Source: Shigella phage vB_SsoM_113. Taken from it: a stretch of DNA of 64,000 nt. Under the pieces are notes generated by a model that saw only the letters and a program-made list of their open reading frames with translations, was not told the origin of the DNA and did no database searches. The position numbers were made by a program, and so were the translations under genes. The stretch lies in sequence record LR746311. The stretch is one strand, 5' to 3'. Below, one piece after another: positions 1-8,176 of this stretch (positions are counted from its first letter, which is position 1; the number at the start of each line of letters is the position of its first letter).

Positions 1-51
1 GGGCTAATAAACGAATTGCCCAGTTTATTGGGGAAAATTCATTTAAAGTAA
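1..51 (+). CDS. 3' end of an upstream ORF truncated by the window edge
   Basis: Frame 1 is open from position 1 to a TAA at 49-51; no start codon is visible inside the window. Confidence 0.3.
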   Translation, partial: GLINELPSLLGKIHLK

Positions 52-125
52 AAATAGATCCTGCGAAAAATGTTATTAGCATTAAACGCGAAATTGATGA
101 CCGCTGGTATAAAGCTGTTGATGTA

Positions 126-452
126 ATGGGCGAATCCTATAAAGTTAGCCCGCTATTTTCAATTGCTTATATGTTAGAATATTCTTTTTTCGAAGAAGTT
201 CAAAAAGATGATTCTGTCAGTAAATTTGAAATTAAAACTGATAAAGAAATTAAGTGGAAAGTAGTAGGTATTACTGGTTGTATGTTTTATATCTATGCTC
301 AAACTGATACGAAGGAAGAAGCTAAAAAGAAAGCTCTAGAATATCTTGAAGAGTATGAAGAAGGCCCGGTAATGATTACACAAGATGCTGAATTAGTTTC
401 TGTCAAATTAGTTAAAAACGTTGAAAGTAAGGAGCTGGGATCAACATGCTAA
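126..452 (+). CDS. hypothetical early protein (108 aa)
   Basis: ORF track; same strand and tight spacing with the cd operon; stop/start overlap (TAATG) with the upstream frame. Confidence 0.55.
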   Translation: MGESYKVSPLFSIAYMLEYSFFEEVQKDDSVSKFEIKTDKEIKWKVVGITGCMFYIYAQTDTKEEAKKKALEYLEEYEEGPVMITQDAELVSVKLVKNVESKELGSTC

Positions 453-682
453 GTGAAAAACCAATTACTGTTAAAGAATTCCAAGAAAAAGTTAAACTAT
501 TTGCTCAGGAATTGGTAAATAAGGTTTCTGAACGATTTCCAGAAACATCGGTTCGCGTTATTACCGAAACTCCTCGTTCAGTATTAGTAATTGTGAATCC
601 AGGTGATGGTGACCAAATAACACATCTCAAATTGGATTTTGATGGATTAGTTGAAGCACAAAGGGTGTATGGCGTACTATGA
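446..682 (+). CDS. hypothetical early protein (78 aa)
   Basis: ORF track; overlapping stop/start with its neighbours, typical of T4 early gene packing. Confidence 0.5.
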   Translation: MLSEKPITVKEFQEKVKLFAQELVNKVSERFPETSVRVITETPRSVLVIVNPGDGDQITHLKLDFDGLVEAQRVYGVL

Positions 683-1017
683 TGAATTTAACTGATATAA
701 TTGATAATTGTCTTGAAAATGATACTGGCGATCATAGAGCGCTTGACTCTGAAACAGCTCAGTTCATTAGAATAACTTTAATGAATGATACTCTAGTGAA
801 TAGTATTCATCCTTCTGTGTATGATGCTATTATTGTGACGAAGTATCCAGTTGAGCTTCACAAAAAGATGGTTGGCGCAATTTTTATTGATAAGAAAAAC
901 CGCTTTAAAGATGGGCAGAATATAATTAGTTCTGTTATTAAAAGTATAACTAAACTTCGTCACGAAATTTATCGTGTTGAAACTGCTAAATCTGCTTATC
1001 TGGTGATTATGAAATGA
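679..1017 (+). CDS. hypothetical early protein (112 aa)
   Basis: ORF track; ATGA start/stop overlap with cd at 1014. Confidence 0.5.
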   Translation: MMNLTDIIDNCLENDTGDHRALDSETAQFIRITLMNDTLVNSIHPSVYDAIIVTKYPVELHKKMVGAIFIDKKNRFKDGQNIISSVIKSITKLRHEIYRVETAKSAYLVIMK

Positions 1018-1595
1018 AAGCGAGTACAGTACTTCAAATTGCATATTTAGTATCACAAGAATCAAAATGTTGCTCCTGGAAGGTAGGAGCAGTAATTGAA
1101 AAGAATGGACGTATTATTTCTACTGGATATAATGGTTCACCTGCAGGTGGTGTGAACTGCTGTGATTATGCTGCTGAGCAAGGTTGGTTGCTGAATAAGC
1201 CTAAACATACTATCATTCAAGGTCATAAGCCTGAATGTGTATCATTTGGTTCAACTGATCGTTTTGTCTTGGCGAAAGAACATCGTAGCGCGCACTCTGA
1301 ATGGTCGTCTAAAAATGAAATTCATGCTGAACTAAATGCGATTTTGTTTGCTGCACGAAACGGTTCTTCAATTGAAGGTGCTACTATGTATGTAACACTT
1401 TCTCCTTGCCCAGATTGTGCAAAAGCAATAGCTCAATCTGGTATTAAAAAGCTGGTTTATTGTGAAACATACGATAAAAATAAACCTGGCTGGGATGATA
1501 TTCTGCGAAATGCAGGTATTGAAGTGTTTAATGTTCCTAAGAAAAACTTGAATAAGTTAAACTGGGAAAATATCAACGAATTCTGTGGTGAATAA
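1014..1595 (+). CDS. cd: dCMP deaminase
   Basis: 193 aa; cytidine/dCMP deaminase zinc motifs (HAE...NAILFAA and SPCPDCAKAI); length and sequence match T4 Cd as recalled. Confidence 0.93.
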   Translation: MKASTVLQIAYLVSQESKCCSWKVGAVIEKNGRIISTGYNGSPAGGVNCCDYAAEQGWLLNKPKHTIIQGHKPECVSFGSTDRFVLAKEHRSAHSEWSSKNEIHAELNAILFAARNGSSIEGATMYVTLSPCPDCAKAIAQSGIKKLVYCETYDKNKPGWDDILRNAGIEVFNVPKKNLNKLNWENINEFCGE

Positions 1596-1831
1596 TGAAA
1601 TTTCGTTTGGTACAGCTCACAGCAATTAGTTCTTATTCTACCGAGAACATTTCATTTGCTGTAGAGTATAAGAAATATTTTTTCTCTAGGTGGAAACAGT
1701 ATTATAAATCAAACTGGGTTTGTATTGATAGACCGCATAGTTGGAAATCTGATTTAGAAAAATATCAAAAATTACTTTCCACTCTTAAAGAACGTGGAAC
1801 AATTTATCATAAAACTGTAATAGGTAAATAA
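1595..1831 (+). CDS. hypothetical protein (78 aa), between cd and gene 31
   Basis: ORF track; start overlaps the cd stop. Confidence 0.45.
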   Translation: MKFRLVQLTAISSYSTENISFAVEYKKYFFSRWKQYYKSNWVCIDRPHSWKSDLEKYQKLLSTLKERGTIYHKTVIGK

Positions 1832-2140
1832 ATGAAACTGACGACTGAACAAAAAGTAGCAATTCGTGAAATTTTGAAAACTAAATTGTCCATGGGGGTT
1901 TCAAACGTAGTTTTTGAAAAGTCTGATGGTACTATTCGTACTATGAAAGGCACTCGTGATGCGGACTTTATGCCAACCATGCAAACTGGTAAATTGACTG
2001 AATCTACTCGGAAAGAATCTACTGATATGGTTCCAGTATTTGATGTTGAACTCGGTGCATGGCGAGGTTTTTCTATTGACAAATTGATTTCCGTTAATGG
2101 TATGAAAGTTGAGCATTTGCTTCAATTTATTGGTAAATAA
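1832..2140 (+). CDS. hypothetical protein (102 aa), 31.1/31.2 position
   Basis: ORF track; ATG directly after the previous stop. Confidence 0.5.
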   Translation: MKLTTEQKVAIREILKTKLSMGVSNVVFEKSDGTIRTMKGTRDADFMPTMQTGKLTESTRKESTDMVPVFDVELGAWRGFSIDKLISVNGMKVEHLLQFIGK

Positions 2141-2170
2141 ATGCTTTAAGAATTATTTGTTATTATTAAT
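2139..2170 (+). promoter_or_regulatory. MotA-box type middle promoter upstream of gene 31 (copy 1 of a ~42 bp repeat)
   Basis: aaTGCTTTAag followed about 12 nt later by TATTAT; the same 40+ bp segment recurs at about 63329-63371. Confidence 0.4.
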
Positions 2171-2196
2171 TCATCTGTTAACAAAAAGGAAAAACG

Positions 2197-2532
2197 ATGT
2201 CTGAAGTACAACAGCTACCAATTCGTGCTGTCGGTGAATATGTGATTTTAGTTTCTGAACCTGCACAAGCCGGTGATGAAGAAGTTACAGAATCAGGGCT
2301 TATTATCGGTAAACGCGTCCAAGGCGAAGTTCCTGAACTGTGTGTAATTCACTCTGTTGGTCCTGATGTTCCTGAAGGTTTCTGTGAAGTTGGTGATTTG
2401 ACTTCTCTTCCAGTTGGTCAAATTCGAAACGTTCCGCATCCTTTTGTAGCTCTGGGTCTTAAGCAGCCAAAAGAAATTAAACAAAAATTTGTTACCTGTC
2501 ACTATAAAGCTATTCCGTGTCTTTATAAGTGA
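2197..2532 (+). CDS. 31: co-chaperonin gp31 (GroES-like)
   Basis: 111 aa; N-terminus [22 protein letters not shown]; size and sequence match T4 gp31 as recalled; RBS AAGGA upstream. Confidence 0.9.
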   Translation: MSEVQQLPIRAVGEYVILVSEPAQAGDEEVTESGLIIGKRVQGEVPELCVIHSVGPDVPEGFCEVGDLTSLPVGQIRNVPHPFVALGLKQPKEIKQKFVTCHYKAIPCLYK

Positions 2533-2679
2533 TATAAATAATAATATGAATTGGGTGTCGGAATAATAAGTTAACCGAACAATTCTATGTGGTAGTCTAC
2601 AACTGAGAGATCTGTCGAAAGAAGATGAAATTCAGAAGAACGTGACTACCGAGTTTTAATCTCTAACGAGAATTTTTAA

Positions 2680-2928
2680 ATGATTAAACAATTACAACAC
2701 GCTCTTGAACTGCAACGAAACGCATGGAATAATGGTCACGAAAACTATGGCGCATCTATTGATGTTGAAGCCGAAGCTCTTGAAATCCTGCGTTATTTCA
2801 AACATCTGAATCCTGCTCAAACTGCATTAGCTGCTGAGCTTCAGGAAAAAGATGAACTTAAGTATGCTAAGCCTCTGGCTTCTGCCGCACGAAAAGCAGT
2901 TCGTCACTTTGTGGTAACACTGAAGTAA
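2680..2928 (+). CDS. rIII: rIII lysis-inhibition accessory protein
   Basis: 82 aa, which is the T4 RIII length; position immediately downstream of gene 31. Confidence 0.8.
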   Translation: MIKQLQHALELQRNAWNNGHENYGASIDVEAEALEILRYFKHLNPAQTALAAELQEKDELKYAKPLASAARKAVRHFVVTLK

Positions 2929-3324
2929 TTTATTGGAGATTCACTGCCTTAGTGTGAGCTAAAATCGAGGAGCCGTCGAACTGTCTGATTAATGATTTGC
3001 GAATCATTATAGTTTTAAGACCCCGGCAGTTTTACGGTGTACCTCTTGAATGTTATTCTTATAGCGGCAAGTGCATGCTACCCCGAGGTGATGGCCAATC
3101 GGGAGTACGCCTCAAGGCCTATATATCCATCAGTATATATCTTATCCTCGAGAAATCGAACCCGGAACCTTTAAGCTAACGGTGTGCAACAGATAAGAGT
3201 TATAAGTATGATGACGGGTTTATGGTTATCCTGTCGGTAAATACTCAAAACCTAAGTACCCCCTTGAGGGCTTTCGCAGGCAATGCCAATAAGTCCTGCA
3301 TTTTCATTTAAAAGAGAATTTATA

Positions 3325-3501
3325 ATGGCAAAACAAGCTAAAGCAAAGAAAGCAGTTGAAAAGAAAGTTGGTGATTCTAAACGCGCTGGTTACAAGCGTG
3401 GGTCGAACTCTCGTATCAATCAAACTGTTGAGAAGATCATGCGCCGAGCACGTGCGGTTCTTCGAGATGATGCTTCTCGTTTTGGTAAGCAGAAAGCATA
3501 A
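3325..3501 (+). CDS. small lysine-rich basic protein (58 aa)
   Basis: Track ORF 3283..3501; I prefer the internal ATG at 3325 (MAKQAKAKK...) with GAGA 7 nt upstream; followed by a strong terminator. Confidence 0.45.
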   Translation: MAKQAKAKKAVEKKVGDSKRAGYKRGSNSRINQTVEKIMRRARAVLRDDASRFGKQKA

Positions 3502-3506
3502 GTTGA

Positions 3507-3535
3507 GGACTCCTTCGGGAGTCCTTTTTTATTTT
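3507..3535 (+). terminator. rho-independent terminator
   Basis: GGACTCC-TTCG-GGAGTCC hairpin followed by TTTTTTATTTT. Confidence 0.6.
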
Positions 3536-3554
3536 CCAAAGACTGCACAAAGTT

Positions 3555-3584
3555 GTTTACAGTATGGTTCCTTTGTGATAGTAT
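3555..3584 (+). promoter_or_regulatory. T4 early-type promoter (GTTTAC -35, TAGTAT/TATTAT -10)
   Basis: aGTTGTTTAC, 17-18 nt spacer, gTGaTAGTATTAT, just upstream of the 3612 ORF. Confidence 0.45.
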
Positions 3585-3611
3585 TATCTTACACAAACAA
3601 AGGAGAATAAA

Positions 3612-3944
3612 ATGAAAACGATTAATCTGAACGCTGCAGTTAAAACTAAATGCTTCAATGGTAAATATGATGAAACTATGTGGTTCTTAATGGCAGTTGA
3701 AGGTGATATTATTGAAGTAGAAACAACAGAAGGTATGGGAACAGATTTCACCTTTACAATTCAAGTTCATAATTTCTTTACTGGTTGGATTTATGAATTG
3801 AATACAGTAATCGTTGGAAAAATTGAACAAAATGAATTGGGTGAATGGTATTATGTTACAGCTCGCCAACGTGCCGAACGCTTAATTGAGAAGATGAAAA
3901 AAGTTGGTAAACTTGACATGCAGCACTGGAAAGTAGTAAAATAA
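3612..3944 (+). CDS. hypothetical early protein (110 aa)
   Basis: ORF track; RBS AAAGGAGAAT upstream of the ATG. Confidence 0.6.
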   Translation: MKTINLNAAVKTKCFNGKYDETMWFLMAVEGDIIEVETTEGMGTDFTFTIQVHNFFTGWIYELNTVIVGKIEQNELGEWYYVTARQRAERLIEKMKKVGKLDMQHWKVVK

Positions 3945-3946
3945 TT

Positions 3947-3975
3947 GTTTACTTTGGTACAGGATATGATATTAT
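3947..3975 (+). promoter_or_regulatory. T4 early-type promoter
   Basis: GTTTAC, 17 nt spacer, TATTAT, upstream of the 4012 ORF. Confidence 0.5.
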
Positions 3976-4011
3976 ATACCTGTACCGCAATTAAACATCT
4001 TGGAGAATAAA

Positions 4012-4377
4012 ATGAACTACATCAACTTTGAACGTAAATATGTTTCTAACGGTATTGCAGGTTCTATTGATACTATCTGTCTTTGGAAACATCAAAATGG
4101 ATCAGTATGCGAAATTGAACAGTATATGACTCCTAACTACGTTTATATGCGATTTGAAAATGGCATCACGGTTTCAATCACAATGGAAGGTTCCAACTTC
4201 AAAATCGCTTTGGATGATGATTTTCGTCAACGCGATTTAGGGACTCATCCTTGCTGGAATGGTGTTAATCGCAAGCTTCTGGTTAAAACTTGGATTCGTC
4301 ATATTCTGAGTAACAGAGCTAAACCTGAGCATCTTGAAGCAATCTTTGATGTAGTTATTAACGAATTTGATATTTAA
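4012..4377 (+). CDS. hypothetical early protein (121 aa)
   Basis: The track ORF begins at a TTG (4000); the ATG at 4012 follows a GGAG RBS. Confidence 0.6.
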   Translation: MNYINFERKYVSNGIAGSIDTICLWKHQNGSVCEIEQYMTPNYVYMRFENGITVSITMEGSNFKIALDDDFRQRDLGTHPCWNGVNRKLLVKTWIRHILSNRAKPEHLEAIFDVVINEFDI

Positions 4378-4385
4378 AATAAAAT

Positions 4386-4405
4386 GAGGGGCTTCGGCCC
4401 CTTAC
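4386..4405 (+). terminator. GC stem-loop with TTCG tetraloop (weak terminator or RNA-stability element)
   Basis: GGGGC-TTCG-GCCCC; no strong T-tract after it. Confidence 0.3.
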
Positions 4406-4418
4406 TGAGGAAAATACT

Positions 4419-4706
4419 ATGTTTATGACTACTTATTTTGACACCCGCAAAAATTTCTGTGAAGTGGTTTTCTCTAAGGCGCCTAAAGACCTTCCTGCTC
4501 ATTTGCAACCTACCAGTGAATCAATTAAAAACTACGTTAATATAGTCTGCCCTTTGGAGTTCCGTATTGTAAATGGGTGCGATACTTTAGCTATCACTAA
4601 ACTCAATCGTGAAATTGACATTGACCCTTCAATTGCGCGTGAAATTAATATTTCTGATATTGGCGGCGGTAATGTTAAATCACATGGCTTTCAGATGAGA
4701 TTTTAA
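4419..4706 (+). CDS. hypothetical early protein (95 aa)
   Basis: ORF track. Confidence 0.55.
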   Translation: MFMTTYFDTRKNFCEVVFSKAPKDLPAHLQPTSESIKNYVNIVCPLEFRIVNGCDTLAITKLNREIDIDPSIAREINISDIGGGNVKSHGFQMRF

Positions 4707-4710
4707 TAAA

Positions 4711-4926
4711 ATGTTTAAGAAATTAATCCAGAAATTACTGGGCACGGAAATGGTTGAAGTTACTTATCGTGTGACTGATGTCTCTCCGCTCACTGAAGAC
4801 CATTTAGAGCCATATATTATGACAATTAAAATGCTTAAATATGATGGCGGATTATCTGTTGAAGACCGTTTACCAAGTTATGGTCATTGGGCTGATATTG
4901 AAATTATAAGTATTGAAAATGTCTGA
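4711..4926 (+). CDS. hypothetical early protein (71 aa)
   Basis: ORF track; ATG 5 nt after the previous stop. Confidence 0.5.
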   Translation: MFKKLIQKLLGTEMVEVTYRVTDVSPLTEDHLEPYIMTIKMLKYDGGLSVEDRLPSYGHWADIEIISIENV

Positions 4927-5377
4927 GCTAGAGATAAGAAGCAATTTTAAATGGCCATCATGCGCATTAAGTAATTTTGCCCAATGGCCTTTCGTTATGG
5001 ATGGTATTCAATTTGGAGGTCTAGAAGGATTCCTCCAAGGGTGTAAGGTGAAAAATGTTGAACAACAACGTCGTATATTTGGGTTATCCGGGCTTGCCGC
5101 CCAACAGGCTGGAAGGTCTTATGCTAGAGCTCAGGACCGTGGCACGTTGTTCTGGCTTGGAGTTCCGTTTTCAAGATACTCCCCGGCGTGGAAAGAATTA
5201 TACACAAATGCATATTTTGAAGCAGCGTTCCAAAACAAGGGCTTTCGCGATGCATTACAAGCCTCGAAAGGAAAAGTTTTGAAGCACAGCATGGCTAGTG
5301 GTCTAACAAAAGATGATACAATACTAACCGAAGCTGAATTTATTGATGTGTTAAACCTATTAAGAGACTCTCTATGA
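4919..5377 (+). CDS. NADAR/YbiA-like (DUF1768-type) protein, putative ADP-ribose processing enzyme
   Basis: Track ORF starts at a TTG (4913); ATG at 4919. Motif ALSNFAQWPFVMDGIQFGGLEGFLQGCK resembles the YbiA/NADAR signature (FSNFA.WP..DG...E.FQ.K). Assigned by motif only. Confidence 0.55.
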   Translation: MSELEIRSNFKWPSCALSNFAQWPFVMDGIQFGGLEGFLQGCKVKNVEQQRRIFGLSGLAAQQAGRSYARAQDRGTLFWLGVPFSRYSPAWKELYTNAYFEAAFQNKGFRDALQASKGKVLKHSMASGLTKDDTILTEAEFIDVLNLLRDSL

Positions 5378-6213
5378 AGCCTACTATTTTAACTGATATT
5401 GATGGAGTGTGTTTAAGCTGGCAATCAGGTCTTCCTTATTTTGCTCAGAAATATAATCTTCCGTTAGAACATATTTTAAAAATGATCCAAGATGAGAAAT
5501 TTATTTCTCCAGGTAAACTCTTTAATTGTGATGAAGAACTTGGTGTCAAGCTAATTGAAAAATACAATCGATCAGATTTTATTCGTTACTTGTCTCCATA
5601 TAAAGATGCCTTGTGCGTAATTAACAAACTAAAAGAAGATTATAATTTTGTAGCTGTTACAGCGCTGGGTGATTCTATTGACGCTCTGTTGAATCGTCAA
5701 TTTAATTTGAATGCTCTTTTTCCTGGTGCCTTCTCAGAAGTAATGATGTGTGGTCATGATTCTTCAAAAGAAGAGTTGTTCAAAAAGGCAAAAGAGAAAT
5801 ATAACGTAATTTGTTATATTGACGATCTTGCTCACCACTGCGACCACGCGAGTGAAATATTAAATGTTCCGGTTTATTGGATGGCTCGAGGAGAGCGTGA
5901 CAATATTCCAAAAACTGCGCAGCGAGTTTATACATGGAATGATGTAGAAAATAAGTTTTTTTCGCCGAAGGAAAATAAAGAAAGTTTTGATAGTGAAAAA
6001 GCTATAAAAGATTTAATTGAGAAGATGGTTAAAAACGATTCTTTTCCTTGGAACACTACCTGGAAAACGCCTGGATTTAATCCTTATAATCATCTATATC
6101 ATCCATATCAGACACATCCGTTTCAGACATGGAACTACATTAAACCTGGTGGCATAGAGTATTTGTATAATAGACCTACTAGCGGTGATAATATTTTCCA
6201 AGGAGCATTCTAA
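5374..6213 (+). CDS. HAD-superfamily hydrolase-like protein (279 aa)
   Basis: N-terminal ILTDIDGV motif (DxDG, HAD motif I) and a later ICYIDD motif; start overlaps the upstream stop. Confidence 0.6.
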   Translation: MKPTILTDIDGVCLSWQSGLPYFAQKYNLPLEHILKMIQDEKFISPGKLFNCDEELGVKLIEKYNRSDFIRYLSPYKDALCVINKLKEDYNFVAVTALGDSIDALLNRQFNLNALFPGAFSEVMMCGHDSSKEELFKKAKEKYNVICYIDDLAHHCDHASEILNVPVYWMARGERDNIPKTAQRVYTWNDVENKFFSPKENKESFDSEKAIKDLIEKMVKNDSFPWNTTWKTPGFNPYNHLYHPYQTHPFQTWNYIKPGGIEYLYNRPTSGDNIFQGAF

Positions 6214-6482
6214 TGTTTGTTGTTCACACTATTTATGAAAATGAAGGTAATACTACACGTGATTACGGTCACGTAAATCAATTTTTTAGATGTAATCCAG
6301 AATTCCGAGCTCAAAAAGACGAACGAATTTTTAAAAAATGTGTAGAGCAAGGTTTCATTTACGTTAAGCACTGGATGCAAGGAAATAAAGTTAGAACTAC
6401 ATATCATAGGTCTTTGCCTGAGCTTAATGATGAATTGATTTATAATAGAGCTGTAAACCAAACCTTGAAGGATGAGCAATGA
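6213..6482 (+). CDS. hypothetical early protein (89 aa)
   Basis: ORF track; overlaps the start of the ligase gene (ATGA). Confidence 0.5.
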   Translation: MFVVHTIYENEGNTTRDYGHVNQFFRCNPEFRAQKDERIFKKCVEQGFIYVKHWMQGNKVRTTYHRSLPELNDELIYNRAVNQTLKDEQ

Positions 6483-7939
6483 TTCTTAAAATTCTGAATG
6501 AAATAGCATCTATTGGATCAACTAAGCAGAAGCAAGCAATTCTTGAAAAGAATAAAGATAATGAATTGCTTAAACGAGTATATCGTCTGACTTATTCTCG
6601 TGGGTTACAGTATTATATCAAGAAATGGCCTAAACCTGGTATTGCTACCCAGAGTTTTGGAATGCTGACTATTACCGATATGCTTGACTTCATTGAATTC
6701 ACGTTAGCTACTCGGAAATTGACTGGAAATGCTGCAATTGAGGAATTAACTGGATATATCACTGATGGTAAAAAGGATGATGTTGAAGTTTTGCGTCGAG
6801 TGATGATGCGAGATCTTGAATGCGGTGCTTCAGTATCTATTGCAAATAAAGTTTGGCCAGGTTTAATTCCTGAACAACCTCAAATGTTGGCAAGTTCTTA
6901 TGATGAAAAAGGCATTAGTAAGAATATCAAATTTCCAGCCTTTGCACAGTTAAAAGCAGATGGAGCTCGGTGTTTTGCTGAAGTCCGAGGCGATGAATTA
7001 GATGATGTTCGTCTTTTATCACGAGCTGGTAATGAATATCTAGGATTAGATCTTCTTAAGGAAGAGTTAATCAAAATGACCGCTGAAGCTCGCCAGATTC
7101 ATCCAGAAGGCGTGTTAATTGATGGCGAATTGGTATACCATGAGCAAGTTGAAAAAGAGCCAGAAGGCCTAGATTTTCTTTTTGATGCTCCTGAAATCAG
7201 TAAAGCTAAAGAGTTTTCCGAAGTAGCTGAATCACGTACTGCTTCTAATGGAATTGCCAATAAATCTTTAAAGGGAACTATTTCAGAAAAAGAAGCTCAA
7301 TGTATGAAGTTTCAGGTCTGGGATTATGTCCCGTTAGTAGAAATATACGGTCTTCCAGCATTTCGTTTGAAGTATGATGTACGTTTTTCTAAACTAGAAC
7401 AAATGACATCAGGATATGATAAAGTAATTTTAATTGAAAACCAGATAGTAAATAACCTAGATGAAGCTAAGGTAATTTATAAAAAGTATATTGACCAAGG
7501 TCTTGAAGGTATTATTCTCAAAAATATCGATGGATTATGGGAAAATTCTCGTTCAAAAAATCTCTATAAATTTAAAGAAGTAATTGATGTTGATTTAAAA
7601 ATTGTAGGAATTTATCCTCACCGTAAAGACCCTACTAAAGCAGGTGGATTTATTCTTGAATCAGAGTGTGGAAAAATTAAAGTAAATGCTGGGTCAGGCT
7701 TAAAAGATAAAGCCGGTGTAAAATCGCATGAACTTGACCGTACTCGCATTATGGAAAACCAAAATTATTATATTGGAAAAATTCTAGAGTGCGAATGCAA
7801 TGGTTGGTTAAAATCTGATGGCCGCACTGATTACGTTAAATTATTTCTTCCGATTGCGATTCGTTTACGTGAAGATAAAACTAAAGCTAATACATTCGAG
7901 GATGTATTTGGTGATTTTCATGAGGTAACTGGTCTATGA
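6479..7939 (+). CDS. 30: ATP-dependent DNA ligase
   Basis: 486 aa; adenylation motif KADGARCF; N-terminus MILKILNEIASIGSTKQKQAILEKNKDNELLKRVY matches T4 DNA ligase as recalled. Confidence 0.97.
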   Translation: MILKILNEIASIGSTKQKQAILEKNKDNELLKRVYRLTYSRGLQYYIKKWPKPGIATQSFGMLTITDMLDFIEFTLATRKLTGNAAIEELTGYITDGKKDDVEVLRRVMMRDLECGASVSIANKVWPGLIPEQPQMLASSYDEKGISKNIKFPAFAQLKADGARCFAEVRGDELDDVRLLSRAGNEYLGLDLLKEELIKMTAEARQIHPEGVLIDGELVYHEQVEKEPEGLDFLFDAPEISKAKEFSEVAESRTASNGIANKSLKGTISEKEAQCMKFQVWDYVPLVEIYGLPAFRLKYDVRFSKLEQMTSGYDKVILIENQIVNNLDEAKVIYKKYIDQGLEGIILKNIDGLWENSRSKNLYKFKEVIDVDLKIVGIYPHRKDPTKAGGFILESECGKIKVNAGSGLKDKAGVKSHELDRTRIMENQNYYIGKILECECNGWLKSDGRTDYVKLFLPIAIRLREDKTKANTFEDVFGDFHEVTGL

Positions 7940-8124
7940 AAGCTTACTTAGAAACAATTGTCGTGGCTCAAAAAGAAGGTGGAGATGTTTCTACTTCTGT
8001 ATCACAAATTATGATTGAATTTATAGATGCATATGCTTATAATAAATTCACAGAAACATTTGATACCTATGAAAAAGGTCCAAAGTTTGAAATATATCGT
8101 ACTCTCTTACCAATAGATTATTAA
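7936..8124 (+). CDS. hypothetical protein (62 aa)
   Basis: ORF track; start overlaps the ligase stop; followed by a hairpin terminator. Confidence 0.45.
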   Translation: MKAYLETIVVAQKEGGDVSTSVSQIMIEFIDAYAYNKFTETFDTYEKGPKFEIYRTLLPIDY

Positions 8125-8147
8125 AGGCCTTCGGGCCTTTAATTTTA
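8123..8147 (+). terminator. stem-loop terminator
   Basis: AAAGGCC-TTCG-GGCCTTT followed by AATTTTA. Confidence 0.5.
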
Positions 8148-8176
8148 TAAATAGAATAAACACTAGAGAGGATATG

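Noticed and set aside
1807-2125. Antisense ORFs (1807..2082 and 1901..2125, - strand) inside the 1832..2140 + strand gene
   Set aside because: They overlap a better-supported + strand gene within a co-directional early operon and have no RBS or promoter context; typical six-frame noise.
3150-3175. tRNA-like TCGAACCCGG motif (possible T-arm on the - strand)
   Set aside because: I could not build a cloverleaf: no complementary T-stem, acceptor stem or anticodon arm around it.
2997-3179. 60-aa ORF within the GC-rich non-coding island
   Set aside because: No RBS, unusual amino-acid composition, and it lies inside a region that looks structured rather than coding; reported as a non-coding island instead.
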